From the human T2T-CHM13v2.0 reference genome, Homo sapiens: a DNA stretch of 64,000 nucleotides. The number at the start of each line of letters is the position of its first letter. The stretch's first letter is position 1. A program made the translations under genes and the position numbers. Below, in pieces: positions 14,925 to 31,250 of this stretch. The stretch lies in the NCBI RefSeq assembly GCF_009914755.1, contig NC_060933.1. One strand, 5' to 3'. Under the pieces are notes generated by a model. It saw only the letters and a list, made by a program, of their open reading frames with translations, was not told where the DNA came from and did not search any database.

Positions 14925-17900
14925 ATGCAATATTGCTCTTTCTGCTTTCTACTAGGATAGTAGAAGTCTAATAGAATTCTTTCCAGGTTTTGTTTCAAGG
15001 ACTATGCTGCATAAAGCTAATTTGAATTTCCCAATATTAAAGTTACTAAACCATCACTCCCTTTGTGAGCAAAAATTACTCCTTTTTTAACTTTATTTGA
15101 AAAATTGAATGGTAACACTCATTTGGGTGCAAAGAACAGCTGCATTTTTATTGTCTAAAGTAATTCAATTAGTGGCCATTCTTTAATACTTTCATGATTT
15201 CTCTTGACTATTTTCCTTATCAGAATGCAGACATGAAAAGCACATATATCTTTCTGAGAAAAAAAAATCTTGCTTTTATGAAGAAAATATAAAACTAATA
15301 GTGGAAGAAGAATGTGGATGGGTTGAGGTGCCTCAGGCCTGGACTCATCTGTCTCACTAAGTGTGTCTCCCCACAACTTACCTCCAGCTTCTGCCTTTCC
15401 TGAACACACACATTTTTATGTTTTCTGCATTCAAGTTGAATCATTAGATTCTAATAAAGTCCTCTGGGAAAGACATTATATCTTTCAGACACTCATATAA
15501 ATCAGAACACCACCTAGGCAGAATAAGTATTAGCTGACACCCAAAGTTAGAAATGGCTTTGGTAATTAAGGTAGTACTGTGTTCCTGCTGTCACTTCCTA
15601 TATTTTTTTAATCAACACATTTCTTAGTTCCAATGTCTTTTATGCCGGAGATTTCTAGAAAAAGAGAAAACAAGATAGCGTCATTGTAGAGACTGACCTG
15701 GGAGTGTGCACGTGACTTTATCTTTTTCTTTGCTATTACTATATTTAAACACGGTTTATTACTTAATATGGAGAAAAATAAAATGAAATTAAAGAAACGG
15801 TAATAGAATTACAAACACTGAATTGAAATTATGCCTTTTAATGCAATATGACCAGAAAATTTCATCATATTTCTGTATTTTTACCAAATATATCAACATA
15901 GAAATAAGCAAAGCTTTATTATCAGAAAGACATGGTATCCTTATATGTGAAACTCTGAGAACATAAACTGCTCATGATCCTTTTCCTTATCATATTGCAA
16001 CTACACCTGTGTTTAACTCCATTTAGGCATTCCAGGGAAATGTAAACAGTATCACAGTTACTGCTAAAACAAACATTAAAAATAATCGTGTTAGGGATAT
16101 CATTGATTATTTGGTCCAGACAGTAAATTCTAAAGCCATTTGTGTACTCACACATATTGTATCCTGGCATTTATAATTTCACATTCTTGTAAGTGATTTC
16201 AAAACCCATCTGATCCCTGCTATTCTAGAATATAAACATGAATATTTATTATTTTGTAATGGACACTAAAACTTTCCTTCATAAGTCGAAAGTCTAGTCT
16301 TTCTCCGTTATGGCAGATACTGCTGAATGAAGCCAGCCATCTTGATATTTTTCAGGTTTATGTAATATGAAGGATGAAGAACATGAGTAGTCATGGGAAT
16401 CTCAAGGGAGCTAAGTCTCTGTTATGAAATATGCCCTCTGCCTAGTCAGAAATGACTCAGTACTCCTCTGCCGCTCCATTGTCTGGGAATATTCAGAGCA
16501 AGGTGAATTGTTGGCAAAGTGTCATGCTATAAACCTCACAATCAATGCACTCGTCAGAATGGACATCTTTCATTCAGTGGTAGAAAGAAGCAATAATAAC
16601 AGTTTAGAGGCTGCTTATTGAAATAATATTCTGGATGCAAGCACTTAAAAGGACTTGAAGTATTACCCAGTGACCTCTGGAAGAAAACTGCCTGCTTAGG
16701 GGACCTACTGTCTCATTGTGCCTTTCCAATATATTGAGAAGTAACTTGAGATTGAGATGTACTTGAATGACTATGACATTGTCTAGCAAATATTAATTTT
16801 TTCTAGACATTAATTCTTTCTGGAATCTCCCTAATTATAAGTGAACGGGCCACCTCAAAAACACCTATCAGAGTATTTCAGTCATTGACACTCATGCCCA
16901 GAAAAATGACTAATAAGCTGTGGTTTTGTTGCTCTCGTGGTCTGTCAAAATCTGAAGGTTTTTCTTTTTAATTTTTTTTATTATACTTTAAGTTCTAGGG
17001 TACATGTGCACAACGTGCAGGTTTGTTACATATGTGTACATGTGCCATGTTGGTGTGCTGCACACCCATTAACTTGTCACTTACATTAGGTATATCTCCT
17101 AATGATATCCCTCCCCCCATCCTCCACCCCCACCCCATGACAGGCCCCAGTGTGTGATGTTCCCCTTCCTGTGTCCAAGTGTTTTCATTGTTCAATTCCC
17201 ACCTATGAGTAAGAACATGCGGTGTTTCGTTTTTTGTCCTTGCGATAGTTTACTGAGAATAATGGTTTCCAGCTTCACCCATGGCCCAACAAAGGACATG
17301 AACTCATCATTTTTATGGCTGCATAGTATTCCATGGTGTATATGTGCCACATTTTCTTAATCCAGTCTATCATTGTTGGACATTTGGGTTGGTTCCAAGC
17401 CTTTGCTATTGTGAATGGTTCCACAATAAACATACGTGTGCATGTGTCTTTATAGCAGCATGATTTATAGTCCTTTGGGTATATACCCAGTAATGGGATG
17501 GCTGGGTCAAGTGGTATTTCTAGTTCTAGATCCCTGAGGAATCACCACACTGACTTCCACAATGGTTGAACTAGTTTACAGTCCCACCAACAGTGTAAAA
17601 GTGTTCCTATTTCTCCACATCCTCTCCAGCACCTGTTGTTTCCTGACTTATTAATGATCGCCATTCTAACTGGTGTGAGATGGTATCTCATTGTGGTTTT
17701 GATTTGCATTTCTCTGATGGCCAGTGATGATGAGCATTTTTTCATGTGTCTGTTGGCTGCATAAATGTCTTCTTATGAGAAGTGTCTGTTCATATCCTTT
17801 GCCCACTTGGTGATGGGGTTGTTTGTTTGTTTTCTTGTAAATTTGTTTGAGTTCTTTGTAGATTCTGGATATTAGCCCTTTCTCAGATGAGTAGATTGCA

Positions 17901-18121
17901 AAAATTTTCTCCCATTCTGTAGGCTGCCTATTCACTCTGAGGGTAGTCTCTTTTGCTGTGCAGAAGCTCTTTAGTTTAATTAGATCCGATTTGTCAATTT
18001 TGGCTTTTGTTGCCATCGCTTTCGGTGTTTTAGTCATGAAGTCCTTGCCCATGCCTATGTCCTGAATGGTATTGCCTAGGTTTTCTTCTAGGGTTTTTAT
18101 GGTTTTAGGTCTAACATTTAA

Positions 18122-18418
<297 letters not shown>

Positions 18419-18433
18419 AACATTTAAGTCTTT

Positions 18434-20355
<1,922 letters not shown>

Positions 20356-20467
20356 GATTTGAAAGTTTAAAATTTCTCTTACTGGAAAACAAACTTGTAT
20401 CCCCTCCAAAGAATCTATTAGCAAGTTGGAGCCTTCAGGTAATAAAGCTTTACTATTAAAAAATATA

Positions 20468-20790
<323 letters not shown>

Positions 20791-22144
20791 ATATTATGTT
20801 ACCAGTGCAAGTTAACTCTAACTGGTTTTTGATAACTCCTTTTTTGCAAGGCACAGGGCAGATTATAATCGTCCTGTTATCTTTTATTACTACATGGGTT
20901 TTAATGGACTTTCTGTTTATTGATTTCTCTTCCTAAATAATCATCCTTGAAGGGATGCATAGTGCTGCTTGTGCTGAATAATTGATAGCATATAGAGTTA
21001 CTGGGAAAGCTGTGACAAGCTAGAGGATGTCGCAGAAAGAGGCTTAGTAGCACAGCGATAAATATCATAAGAGGCCAGTGCTGTCAGGAGAGGAATATCA
21101 TATGATTAATTGCTCTATTACTTTTTCTTGGTCTTCAGAAAACAAAGAGGATATTAAAAAGGAAGTAGAAAATAAAGCACTTTGTTGAGTGTCGCTTCTT
21201 CTTATTCATTCATTGGGGTAGAGGGTGAAAGAAAATGCTTTAGTTTCTGTTATATCTTTATTTATGGAAAGCTGATGCAATAATAGATTCTGTTCAAATT
21301 GTATGGAAAGACATTCTTCCATAATGATGGGTTAATTATTTTAATTTTACAGGAGTATTCAGAAAGAATGTCTATTTCCAATGAATTAGCTATTATTTTG
21401 AATGCGGATTATTGAAGGAAACTGGAAATGCCATAACTGTTAGTACAGTAAACATGAACTGCATCAGAAACAGTCCTGGTGCCCAAAGAAAATGGGGATT
21501 TGTATTTAAAATTTAGGTTACGTTTGTTTTTAATTATTGACAAATATTATATCAAAAATTTCCTTAGGAGTGTGTGGTTATAAACTTATTCTGTAACCTT
21601 TTACATACACACACATACACACACATATAGACATGTCTTGATGGCTTCAATAGAAATAAAAATCGGTTTCACATTGTATTAAAGCACATAACCTCAAAAT
21701 TATCATGAATTCTGCAAACTTACCTTTATGTAATTATACAATAATTTGTTAAAAGTATCCGTCTTGCAAATAAAAATACAATTTTAAAAAATTCTACTGT
21801 AATTTTATTTCTCAAAATGTACATCCTAAATTTTAATTTGATATTATCAAGTTTCCAAATCTCACCAGAGTGCTAGGCTGGATATATATGTGTATCATGG
21901 AGCCTAGACAGATGGATGTATATTGAAGCCATATGTAAGAGAATATATTTTAGAACTTTTTATTGCCAAAAAGTGAACTTGGTACCTTAGTTCTGATAGG
22001 ATGAGTAGGGCAGGGGTGGAGGTTAATATGCATCTTCTGTAGTCAACTTTGGTATTTTGGTTTCTCTCTATCTACTACCTTCTAATGTGTGCAAATTTTT
22101 TACCACCTAAACTACCCCTAATTACGTAACTGCTTACAGGCTGA

Positions 22145-22475
<331 letters not shown>

Positions 22476-23104
22476 TACAGGCTGATCCTTTGAGCAGAAT
22501 ATATTACAACAGAAATCTCCACAGTTTATCTGTTTAGCACAGTGTATGCCATAAACATGGATCATTCTCTCCCATTCATCAAAATAGTGTACATGCTGAT
22601 AAGATATTGTTGCTTTCATCCAGCTCCTGCCATTTCTATGAATTTTAATCTATAGATACAAAATAAACCTTGTAAAATTGTTACTGTATCCCTATAAATT
22701 TAAACAATAGCTCTAGTTTTGAAACAATAGCATAGTGTATAATTTATTTTCTTCTTTAGCTTTAAAAATATGATGACATATCCCATATACTAGGATTTGT
22801 TAAAAATATATGTACATACATTGTTCATATTCCTATTTGAACCTTTGAGTAAATACCAAATATCAGAATTATCTCTACTGAAGGAAGAATGTAGTTCTTA
22901 TTTAACAGAAATAATTAAGTTCATCCAATTTTACTTAGCTTTTCAGTATCAGTTCCAAAATCTCATACTGGATTATTTTCAAAACTTAAACATATTAATT
23001 TACAAAGAGTATTTTGCTAAATAACATAGGAATTTTAATTAAATTACTAATTTAGGACTTAACAGCCAAGGTCATGATAGGTGCTATGGAGAACAGAAAG
23101 CTAC

Positions 23105-24218
23105 AGTTTATTATCCACCAAGCGGCCAGATATTACTTTTAAACATAAATCAGATTATTTCCTTTCTCTACTTAGCTTTCCTTGGCAATTTGTACAAAGT
23201 TCAGAACCTACAACAGGGTAAATCAGACAATAAATAAGCCAAAAAATCTGGACTCTTACTAACTCTCCAACCTCATGAAATGCTACTTTCCCCTTAGCTC
23301 TCTAGGATCTAGCCCATTTGCCTTCTTTCTATTCTCCCACCTTGGACTTTTACATTAGCTTTGCCTTAACTGGGAATTACCTGCCTACATCACTTTGCAA
23401 GGTGATCTCTATTTGTCAGAAGCCTCAGTTTAAATGTCTCTTCCTTAGTGAGGCCTTCTCTTACGCACAAGTTGCAAATCATTGACTATTGTATCACTCT
23501 TTTACAGACTTTTATAGTATATATCAGTGTCTGAAAATGTCTATTTTGCTTAATTATTTAATTAATTAATTTGCTTCTTCCCAGCATTTACCTATTGTGA
23601 TAGGCAGAAAAATGGCCTTCCAAAGATGTCAACATTCTCAAATCTGAAACTTGAAATACGTTACCTAACATGAAAAAAGGGATGTGGTTCTAGATGTGGT
23701 TAAATTTAAGGACCTTGAGATGGAGCGATTATCCTAGATTGGACAGGTATGCCTAATCTAATCACAGGAACCCTTACAAGTAGAGAAACTTTCCTGACTG
23801 TAGTCATTCAGATAGACATGTGATTGTGGAAGAAAATCACAGATGGGTGCGACACTGCTGGTTTTGAAGATGGAAGAAAGGAATCACAAGTCAAGGAATG
23901 TGGGTGATCTCTAGAGCACAGAAAATGCAAGGAAGCTGATTCTCCCCTAGAGCTTTCAGAAAGACATGCAGACCTGCCAACACCTGGATTTAAGCCCAAT
24001 GAGTCCCATATTGAATTTCTGACTTAAGAATTACAAGATATTATTTTTGTACTGGTTAAGCCATCAATATTATGGAACTTTGTTAAGGCGGTGATAGAAG
24101 ACTAATACAACCATGAAAACCTCAAGATCAGAAACCCCATTCATCTGTTTCATTCTCTATGGCCAGAGCCTAGAAATGGGCATGGTGCACAGATGGTACT
24201 CAATAAATCACTGTTAAT
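23105..24218 (+). mobile_element. L2 3' fragment split by an MLT1D LTR
   Basis: L2 motifs (AAACATAAATCAGATTAT, CTCAGTTTAAATGTCTCTTCCTTAGTGAGGCCTT) before the LTR; L2 3' end (GAGCCTAGAA...GGTACTCAATAAAT) after it. Confidence 0.65.
23596..24109 (+). mobile_element. MLT1D-like MaLR solo LTR
   Basis: Starts TGTGATAGGCAGAAAAATGGCC, ends GACTAATACA; internal TTAAGGACCTTGAGATGG, GGTTTTGAAGATGGA, GATTCTCCCCTAGAGC. Confidence 0.88.
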
Positions 24219-24459
24219 ACACAAACTCATGTTGAAATTGACCAGAAATAAACATAACCTTAAAGATATGTATTGGATAAGACATATATTCTTTTTAAAT
24301 ACAATTAAATAATATTTTATCAGCTAATATATATTCTCCAAATTTCTCTAGACATTATATATTATAATAACACAATTATAAGTAAAAGAGTACATTATCG
24401 CTAAAAATATCCCCTATATGCTTAATGAAATAAATGACTGATAAAGCCTCCCCTGAAAT

Positions 24460-24660
24460 GTGTGCAAAAGTCAAGAGAACAGTAGAATGAACACCGTGTA
24501 CTCATCTCCCAGCCATACAATTTATCAACTCATTATCAGTCTTGCTTCATCTCATCCCATCCATTTTCTTTTCTTTATAGTATTTTGAAGCAAATTCAAG
24601 ACTTCATGTAATTTCAACAGCAAATATCTCAATATGTATCTTTAAAAGGCAAGGACGGAA
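24460..24660 (-). mobile_element. L1MC-like 3' end fragment
   Basis: AACAGTAGAATGAACACC...TATTTTGAAGCAAATTCAAGAC...AAATATCTCAATATGTATCT...AAGGAC. Confidence 0.6.
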
Positions 24661-24724
24661 TATATCCTAATTAACAATTTCCAAAGTTACAACAAGTCAT
24701 TTTTGCCCCCTTGATTCTGTTACA

Positions 24725-25072
24725 CCATCTATATGATTTGATTTGGTCAATGAGGCATTACTCGATGGGATACAGAGATGCTTGAACAAGTTAGTGTGTA
24801 TTTCCTCTACTTACCCTTTCTCTGTGCCATTACTGTGAGAACATTCCCAGTATAGCCCACTAGAGGATGAGAAACATGTGGAATGAGCCAAGTCACCCCA
24901 GTCATCAAAGCTAAAGGCATCCTAGCTCAGCTTCCTGACAGTGACTCTAGGCTTGTGAGTGAGCCTAGATGAAATCACTCCCCTATAGACCTGAGCTAAA
25001 CAAATGCTCATTGTTCTATGTCACTGAGTTTTGAGGGTTATTAGCATGAAAATGGCAATAGATAAGTCATAT
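24725..25072 (+). mobile_element. MLT1H-like MaLR LTR
   Basis: GAGGATGAGAAACATGTGGA...TGTGAGTGAGCC...AAATGCTCATTGTT...CACTGAGTTTTG...GGCAATAGATAA. Confidence 0.65.
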
Positions 25073-25136
25073 AAGCGTTCTACGTTATAAATTAGTGATC
25101 GGTTTAGCAGAGATCTTTAATCTCATTTTTCCCCCC

Positions 25137-25441
25137 GGGATAAGGATTTAGGTTTGAGGAGACCAAAATCTTATGAAAGTTGGAGAGCTCTATTTGAGAA
25201 AAAGAATAACACAGAACAAATACACAATGGGGCATGAAAGTGAACATATTTTCAGAATGAAAAAAATATATGTAGTAGCCTTGGTAATCTAGGTACCTGT
25301 ATTGTCAGGTTTGTTTAGCCAAATAATTGCAATCTGGCTTCCGATCTCTACCCAAAACATTCAATAAACTCCAGCACTCACAGAGGCCCAAGAGCTTAAA
25401 GAAGAACCAGTTCCATTAGTTTTACAATAAATCTGACTCTC
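25137..25441. mobile_element. Non-autonomous hAT DNA transposon remnant (MER53-like)
   Basis: GGATTTAGGTTTG...GAAAAAGAATAAC...AAAGTGAACATATTT and terminal CATTAGTTTTACAATAAATCTGACTCT; degenerate inverted ends GGATTTA/TAAATCT. Confidence 0.45.
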
Positions 25442-26164
25442 CTCTTACTTAATGGTATAATTTATGTAAAGAGAATGTCAAATGAAGTACTATTAAAATA
25501 AGATAATAATTTTAACCATTTTTTTTTCTAGTGCCTCACACGGGGTGCCTTTGGGATAAGAAGTAAGTAGCCAAAATTCCTGGGCATATGGAGAACTGTG
25601 AGGTTCATGCTGGAAACTGTGTTGCTCATATTTCAGAAGTGCTGCAGAGTACTAAGCGCAGTGTAGAGACACACTTGTCATGGCATTATTCCTTTTTCTC
25701 ATATCTTTCCAGACTTCTGATAGTTTCATTGATTTCGCTTGTTTAAGGAAGAACTCCATTCGAGTATCAAACTAAGTAGTCATACTGCTTAAGACCTGCC
25801 AGGGCCATGAGGAGTATCTCCTGATTGGACCTTGACAGTGTGCTAATTATTTGTGACATTTTTGTAATAAGGGAATTGTGCTGATAAAAATAAATAAATC
25901 CAAGATATTCTTCTTACAGATTGTCTTATTAATCTCAATTGTATGTATCATCTGGGGTAGGATGAATTTATTCATGTCACAGAAACCACTTCATTCCTAA
26001 ATATGCTGAAATTATTGGCTGAATTTTCATTAGAAAATGGGAGTACAAAGCTGGGTCTTTGTTGATTAGAATATCAGTAATTTGAAAGCTAATTACATTA
26101 AGATTTTAATCTCCACATCTTGGATTTAAAAGCATCTAAGATTTTTTTTTGTAGTTTCAGTTCT

Positions 26165-26593
26165 TTTTTTAACGATTATACTATAAGTTTGGGGATACAT
26201 GTGCAGAATGTGCAGGTTTGGTACATAGATATACACATCGCATGGTGGTTTGCTGCACCCATTATCCAGTCAACTGCATTAGGTAGTTCTCCTAATGCTA
26301 TCCCTCCCCTAGCCCCCCATCCCCCAACAGGCCCTGGTGTGTGATGCTCCCACACCCTGTGTCCATGTGTTCTCATTGTTCAACTCCCACTTATGAGTGA
26401 GAACATGTGGTGTTTGGTTTTCTGTTCCTGTGTTAGTTTGCTGAGAATGATGGTTTCCAGCTTCATCCATGTCCCTGCAAAGGACATGAATTCATCCTTT
26501 TGTATGGCTGCATAGCATTCCATGGTGTGTATTTGCCACACTTTCTTTATCCAGTCTATCACTGATGGGCATTTGGGTTGGTTCCAAGTCTTT
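26165..26593 (-). mobile_element. L1PA7/8-like 3' fragment
   Basis: 3' UTR reverse complement and ORF2 C-terminus (KTWNQPKCPS...TWMKLETIILSKLTQEQK in ORF 26380-26784). Confidence 0.93.
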
Positions 26594-27199
26594 TCTTTCA
26601 ACCTTTTGCTGTGGATAGCAAAATGCAATTTAAAAATTTGGTTATGTAAAAATAAATTTTGAATAATGTTTCTATGGAATCCTTTTGTTTTAGCCTTTAT
26701 TTTTTCTTGTATATACAAAAACAGATATATCCTATTAAAATAAATGTGTTTCAGATATATGAAACAAAGAATGTGAGTGCCCAATATTTCAACCCTTGCT
26801 CCGTCCTGTTCATGACTAGAACTGTGCTAAATTTACTGGTGTCTTGAAAATTTTAATGATCCTTCTGTTTCCTTGGCACATATGTATTTAGTAAGATGGG
26901 CAATAGAAATCCTTATAAAATTCTCTTGTAAATTTTTAAAAGTGAATTAAAATGAAGTACCTAATTGGAATCTCAGGATATTTCTGTTTATTACAAAGGT
27001 CATTTAGATATTTATTATTGTTTTTTCTGGTAAAACAGATTGACCATTAATTATATTAACTATTAAAAGAGTCATTATGTTCTCTTTGTTACAGTTATGT
27101 TGTGTGTTTACAATTCTGACTATGTCTTCTCTTACCTTTTAACTTGTGTTTACATAGGTTCAATTTCATTACTATCCCAGAAGTGTAAAGAGCAACTAT

Positions 27200-27460
27200 G
27201 AACTAATTTGTAGTGGTTAACAACAACCCCACTTTCAGTGAATTTGACTTAAAAAGCTCAATTTCTTATTCACACTACATGTGAAACATCAGTTTCAGGA
27301 GCTTTGTGTGCTGTGGCCACTCTGAAATTAGGCTGACATGGGCACAACCAGGTTATCCTACAACCCAATCAGCCTGGGCCTCAAGGTTGGCTATGGCAGG
27401 AAAGGGGACTAAGAATTACATGTTAGGTACATGGCACATGCAACCATGAGAATCAGGTAG
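27200..27460 (-). mobile_element. Old MLT1 (J/K-like) LTR remnant
   Basis: TAACAACAACCCCAC...TTTCTTATTCACACTACATGT...AGGCTGAC resembles an MLT1 3' end in reverse. Confidence 0.4.
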
Positions 27461-27485
27461 TGCAACTACCTGATTAAAATAAAAA

Positions 27486-27741
27486 TATATATACATATAC
27501 ATACACATACATATATATACACATATATGTTATGTGTATACACATACACATACATATATATACACCTATATGTTATGTGTATACACATACACCTATATGT
27601 TATGTGTATACACATACACATATGCATATGTATACATATACATATATGTGTATATACATATATATACATATATACACATATATGTGTGTATATACGTATA
27701 TATACGTATATACACACATATATGTGTATATATATGTATAT
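27486..27741. repeat. Compound TA/CA/TG purine-pyrimidine microsatellite
   Basis: ~255 bp of near-continuous alternating R/Y sequence, including three TATATGTTATGTGTATACACATACAC units. Confidence 0.95.
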
Positions 27742-29489
27742 GACCTAGAGATTATACACAGATAGATAGCTTTTTTTTCAAACTTGGAAGACATATGAGA
27801 CTCATATTCACATCATTGTTCTAAAGTAAAATGACATATTCAAATGACATTAATTATTGCTTTCCTGTCCAATAAATAATGTAATTGGACTGTTATACAA
27901 GATATATTTTTTAAATGTATACACGATTATGTTATGTAGAAAAATGATCAATTTGCTATAAAAAGGAGGACCATGGTACCAGGTTAAGGCTATAATTGAA
28001 CAATATTAACAATTATTCCATAGGTAATACAATTAAAGATATTGTAACTATAAATGTTAAGCATTTAACTCAATCAGACCTGCTTTATAATAAAGTTTAT
28101 TTCTAGTAGAATTTATCTAGTTTACATCTCAAAGTTGATTTCCACTTGATCTCTTCTGTATCTTAACATGGATGGAATTGATATTGGGGTACTGGAACAA
28201 AGACAGACAATATCTACCCAATGCTATATAAATTTATCTAGATTGGAAAAAAGAGATAATGACAATCATCCACTTACATTGTATATTTGCTATTTTTCTG
28301 AAGTTTATTATATTTGTCAACTAATTTTTATAAGATTATGGGCTTTGATAATCTGATCAGTCTTTGTCTGATAGTATAAATGGTTTAGGTTCTCCCTATA
28401 GGAAGATAGAGACAACAATATAACTGTGGGCTCTAAGAATAAGGAGGAGGATTTGGTCACTGAAAAACTCAAGTATTATTAATCTGTGTTCCATTTTGGT
28501 AACTTGTAAATCAGCTCATTTTTTGGTATCAAATTAAAATCAACACCCTGAAAGAGATGAGGTTATTAACCCTTCTTCTCTGGCCTTTTCATATTAAGAT
28601 AATTGTACTTTGCTGCAGAGCTAAATTCTCCCAGTAATTTCATTTTGAAAAATAAAACTAGACAGCAGATCCTGGCACTGTCATCCAAATTGTAGTTCCC
28701 TAAGTGTACTACTCAACAGCTGCTATGTTCCACCCCTTAAGTGGTTATGTTCCAATTTTTCCAAAATATTCTTTTGTAAAAATAATGCATCTCATTTACA
28801 TAGAGCTTTCCATTTCATAATGTCAATATTATTTTTATTCAACCCACATAAACAGTGTCAGTATGAGACTGAGGATAATTTCATAGACAATGAAACAAAG
28901 ACATGAAGGAAAGAGAAAGGAAAGGGCACATGGTGAACTATAGCTCTAACCTCTTTTTAAAATGATTTAAGCACTTTACTAGGATGTTTTTACTTGCCCA
29001 CAGTGTTTCTCTTCATGATCAAATCTCTACACAGAATGAAAAGAGTCAGTTTCATCACAGGGCAGGGAAAATTGGAAATATAAGATATATAGAAAATGGG
29101 AACAAATATGTTCAAGAAATATCCAAGACTATAACCAGTCTTCCAATATGTCTCAGTATCCATGAGTAAATTGGCAATTCTAAAACAAATAAATGATATG
29201 CGTTTAAACTAAATGCTACCAAGTGAATAAAATCCACTTGATAGCAACAAGAAAGCCACGCAGTTATGCAAGTTAGGTACAATGATGGATAAAGGCCAAG
29301 GTTGCTATCACAGTAGAGCACATGGCTAAATATGATATTCTCTTATCCTCTATCCCTTTCAGATCGTTCAGTGTACCATGATATTGGTACCTCAGTATTG
29401 ATAACACCAAATGTTATTAATACTCATATCCATGTTGTCAAAGGGAAAAATAAATCCAATAGTCTGGGTTATCTCTTTCTCCCTAATAA

Positions 29490-31250
29490 AATAAATACAA
29501 ATTTGCTCTTTTTCTCTTCAAGTTTTATGACTCTAATAGTTTTCCTTTGCCTAATTTCATTGGCTAACACTTTGAAAACATATAAAGTAGTAGCAGTAAC
29601 ATAAGTCACCCTTCTCTTGGAATTAGATGCAGACATCTAATAATTTCTATAAAGTATAGAGTTTCGAACCAGCTGGCTTATATTTTATCACATAAAAAAA
29701 TCCATGTTTCTATATCTGTTTCTATTTTATTGAGTACATTAAGGAATGGATTTTAAATTATGTCAAATTCCCTTTCAGCTTCTAGTAAGATAATCATGAG
29801 ATTTTTCTATTATATCAATTAACATAAGATCTGTCAACAGACTTACTGATGTTGAATAATGTTTTATAATTTTATACATAATGTAAAACATAATGTATTA
29901 CAGTCTTAATATCCCCTTGCATTCTTTCTAATTAAATGATAGTTCAAATGTTTACTTTGTTCTTTAGAAGTGAGGTTGATCAACAGTTTTCTTTTTTGTA
30001 TTTAAACCTTTTCAGCTTTTAGTATCGTAGTTATATCTACTATATAAAATTTTTGGAATTTTATTTATTTTTCAATGCCTTCTAATAGTTTAAGTAGCAT
30101 TTGAATAATAAAATCTTTTAATATACTTGTGAATATGCATGTGAAGTTCTCTGGGCCTGGTGCTTTCGTGCAGAAGAGAGCTTTTTGTCACCTTTTTCTG
30201 TTTCTTCTATGAAAATTATTCTGTGTAAACTCTGTCTGCAATGAGCTTGGGGATATTTTATTTATCTAGAAAATTATGCACCTACTCTAGATTTTAAAAT
30301 ATATTTGCATGCAATTGTGCACAAAATCTCTTGTGATTTTTGTAATATCCTTGCTTTTGATGGCCATTTCCTCCTTAAGTCTTTTTACTTAATTTTAGAG
30401 ATACATCGTTCTCATTTTGCTGCCCAAGCTTGAGTGCAGTAGCTCATCACAGGCACAGTCATAGTCTACTAGAGCCTTAGACTCAGGGGCTCAAGTGACC
30501 GTCTCACCTCAGCCTCCCAAGAACTTAGGTTTAGCTAGGAAGAACTTAGGTTTTATGTACCTGTTATCTCCCCTTTGCTTATATAACTGGTTTATTATTT
30601 TATTACTTTTAAAATACTTCAGCTCATCTGTTTATTAGTTCTATTTTTTCCTCAACAACTCACTGAATTCTGTTTTTATAATAGTTTCTTCTCTCCACTT
30701 TTTTGATTCCAATTTCTCTAGAATCTTGATCTCTTTGTGCTTGATATTAATTTATTTTTGAATTCTTATTGCATAAGTGTTTTATTTGGTAACAGATTCT
30801 AATTTTACTGCATTGTGTTCAGAGGATTTTTGTACCATTTCTGTATTTTGGAATTTGTGGAGATTTTCTTTGTAGCTTAATGTATCGCCAGTGTTTGTGA
30901 ATGTTCCATGTGCTTCTATAAGATCTAACTTATTGATAATGTGTCACTGTATCTTTCATCCCTAACACTGATTCTGTCTCACTTTGCAAGCTATGTCCTA
31001 AATTATCTTATAATTGTTGAGATTCTTTCTGATTCTTCTTACATCTTATTAGCTTTTTAATGGAAATATTGCTGTATTTTTAGTAAATAGATATCCACAA
31101 TTTTTCTTTGTCTTTAGCGTTGTAAGGTCTTCTTTATATAACATAATACTGTTTTGGCTTGATTTATATAAGACTGATAAGATAATGGCCACAATGGTTT
31201 TCTATGTGCCTTTTATTTTTAACCTTTCTGAACCTCTCTTTTTTTAGGTG
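29490..31250 (-). mobile_element. Ancient L1M (L1ME-like) ORF2 remnant
   Basis: T-rich degenerate L1 ORF2 antisense motifs (GAATGGATTTTAAATTATGTCAAAT, GTGAAGTTCTCTGGGCCTGGTGCTTT, TTTGTGAATGTTCCATGTG). Confidence 0.7.
30383..30521 (-). mobile_element. FAM (fossil Alu monomer)-like SINE
   Basis: GAGTGCAGTAGCTCATCACAGGCACAGTCATAG... retains the 7SL-derived CTATTCACAGGC segment absent from dimeric Alu arms. Confidence 0.7.

Noticed and set aside
16345-16508. Possible exon (TTTTCAG|...CAAG|GTGAAT)
   Set aside because: Short pyrimidine tract, weak donor and no open frame I can support; expected by chance in 64 kb.
27466-27794. Five overlapping Y/I/H/T/C-rich ORFs
   Set aside because: Translation artefacts of the alternating purine-pyrimidine microsatellite.
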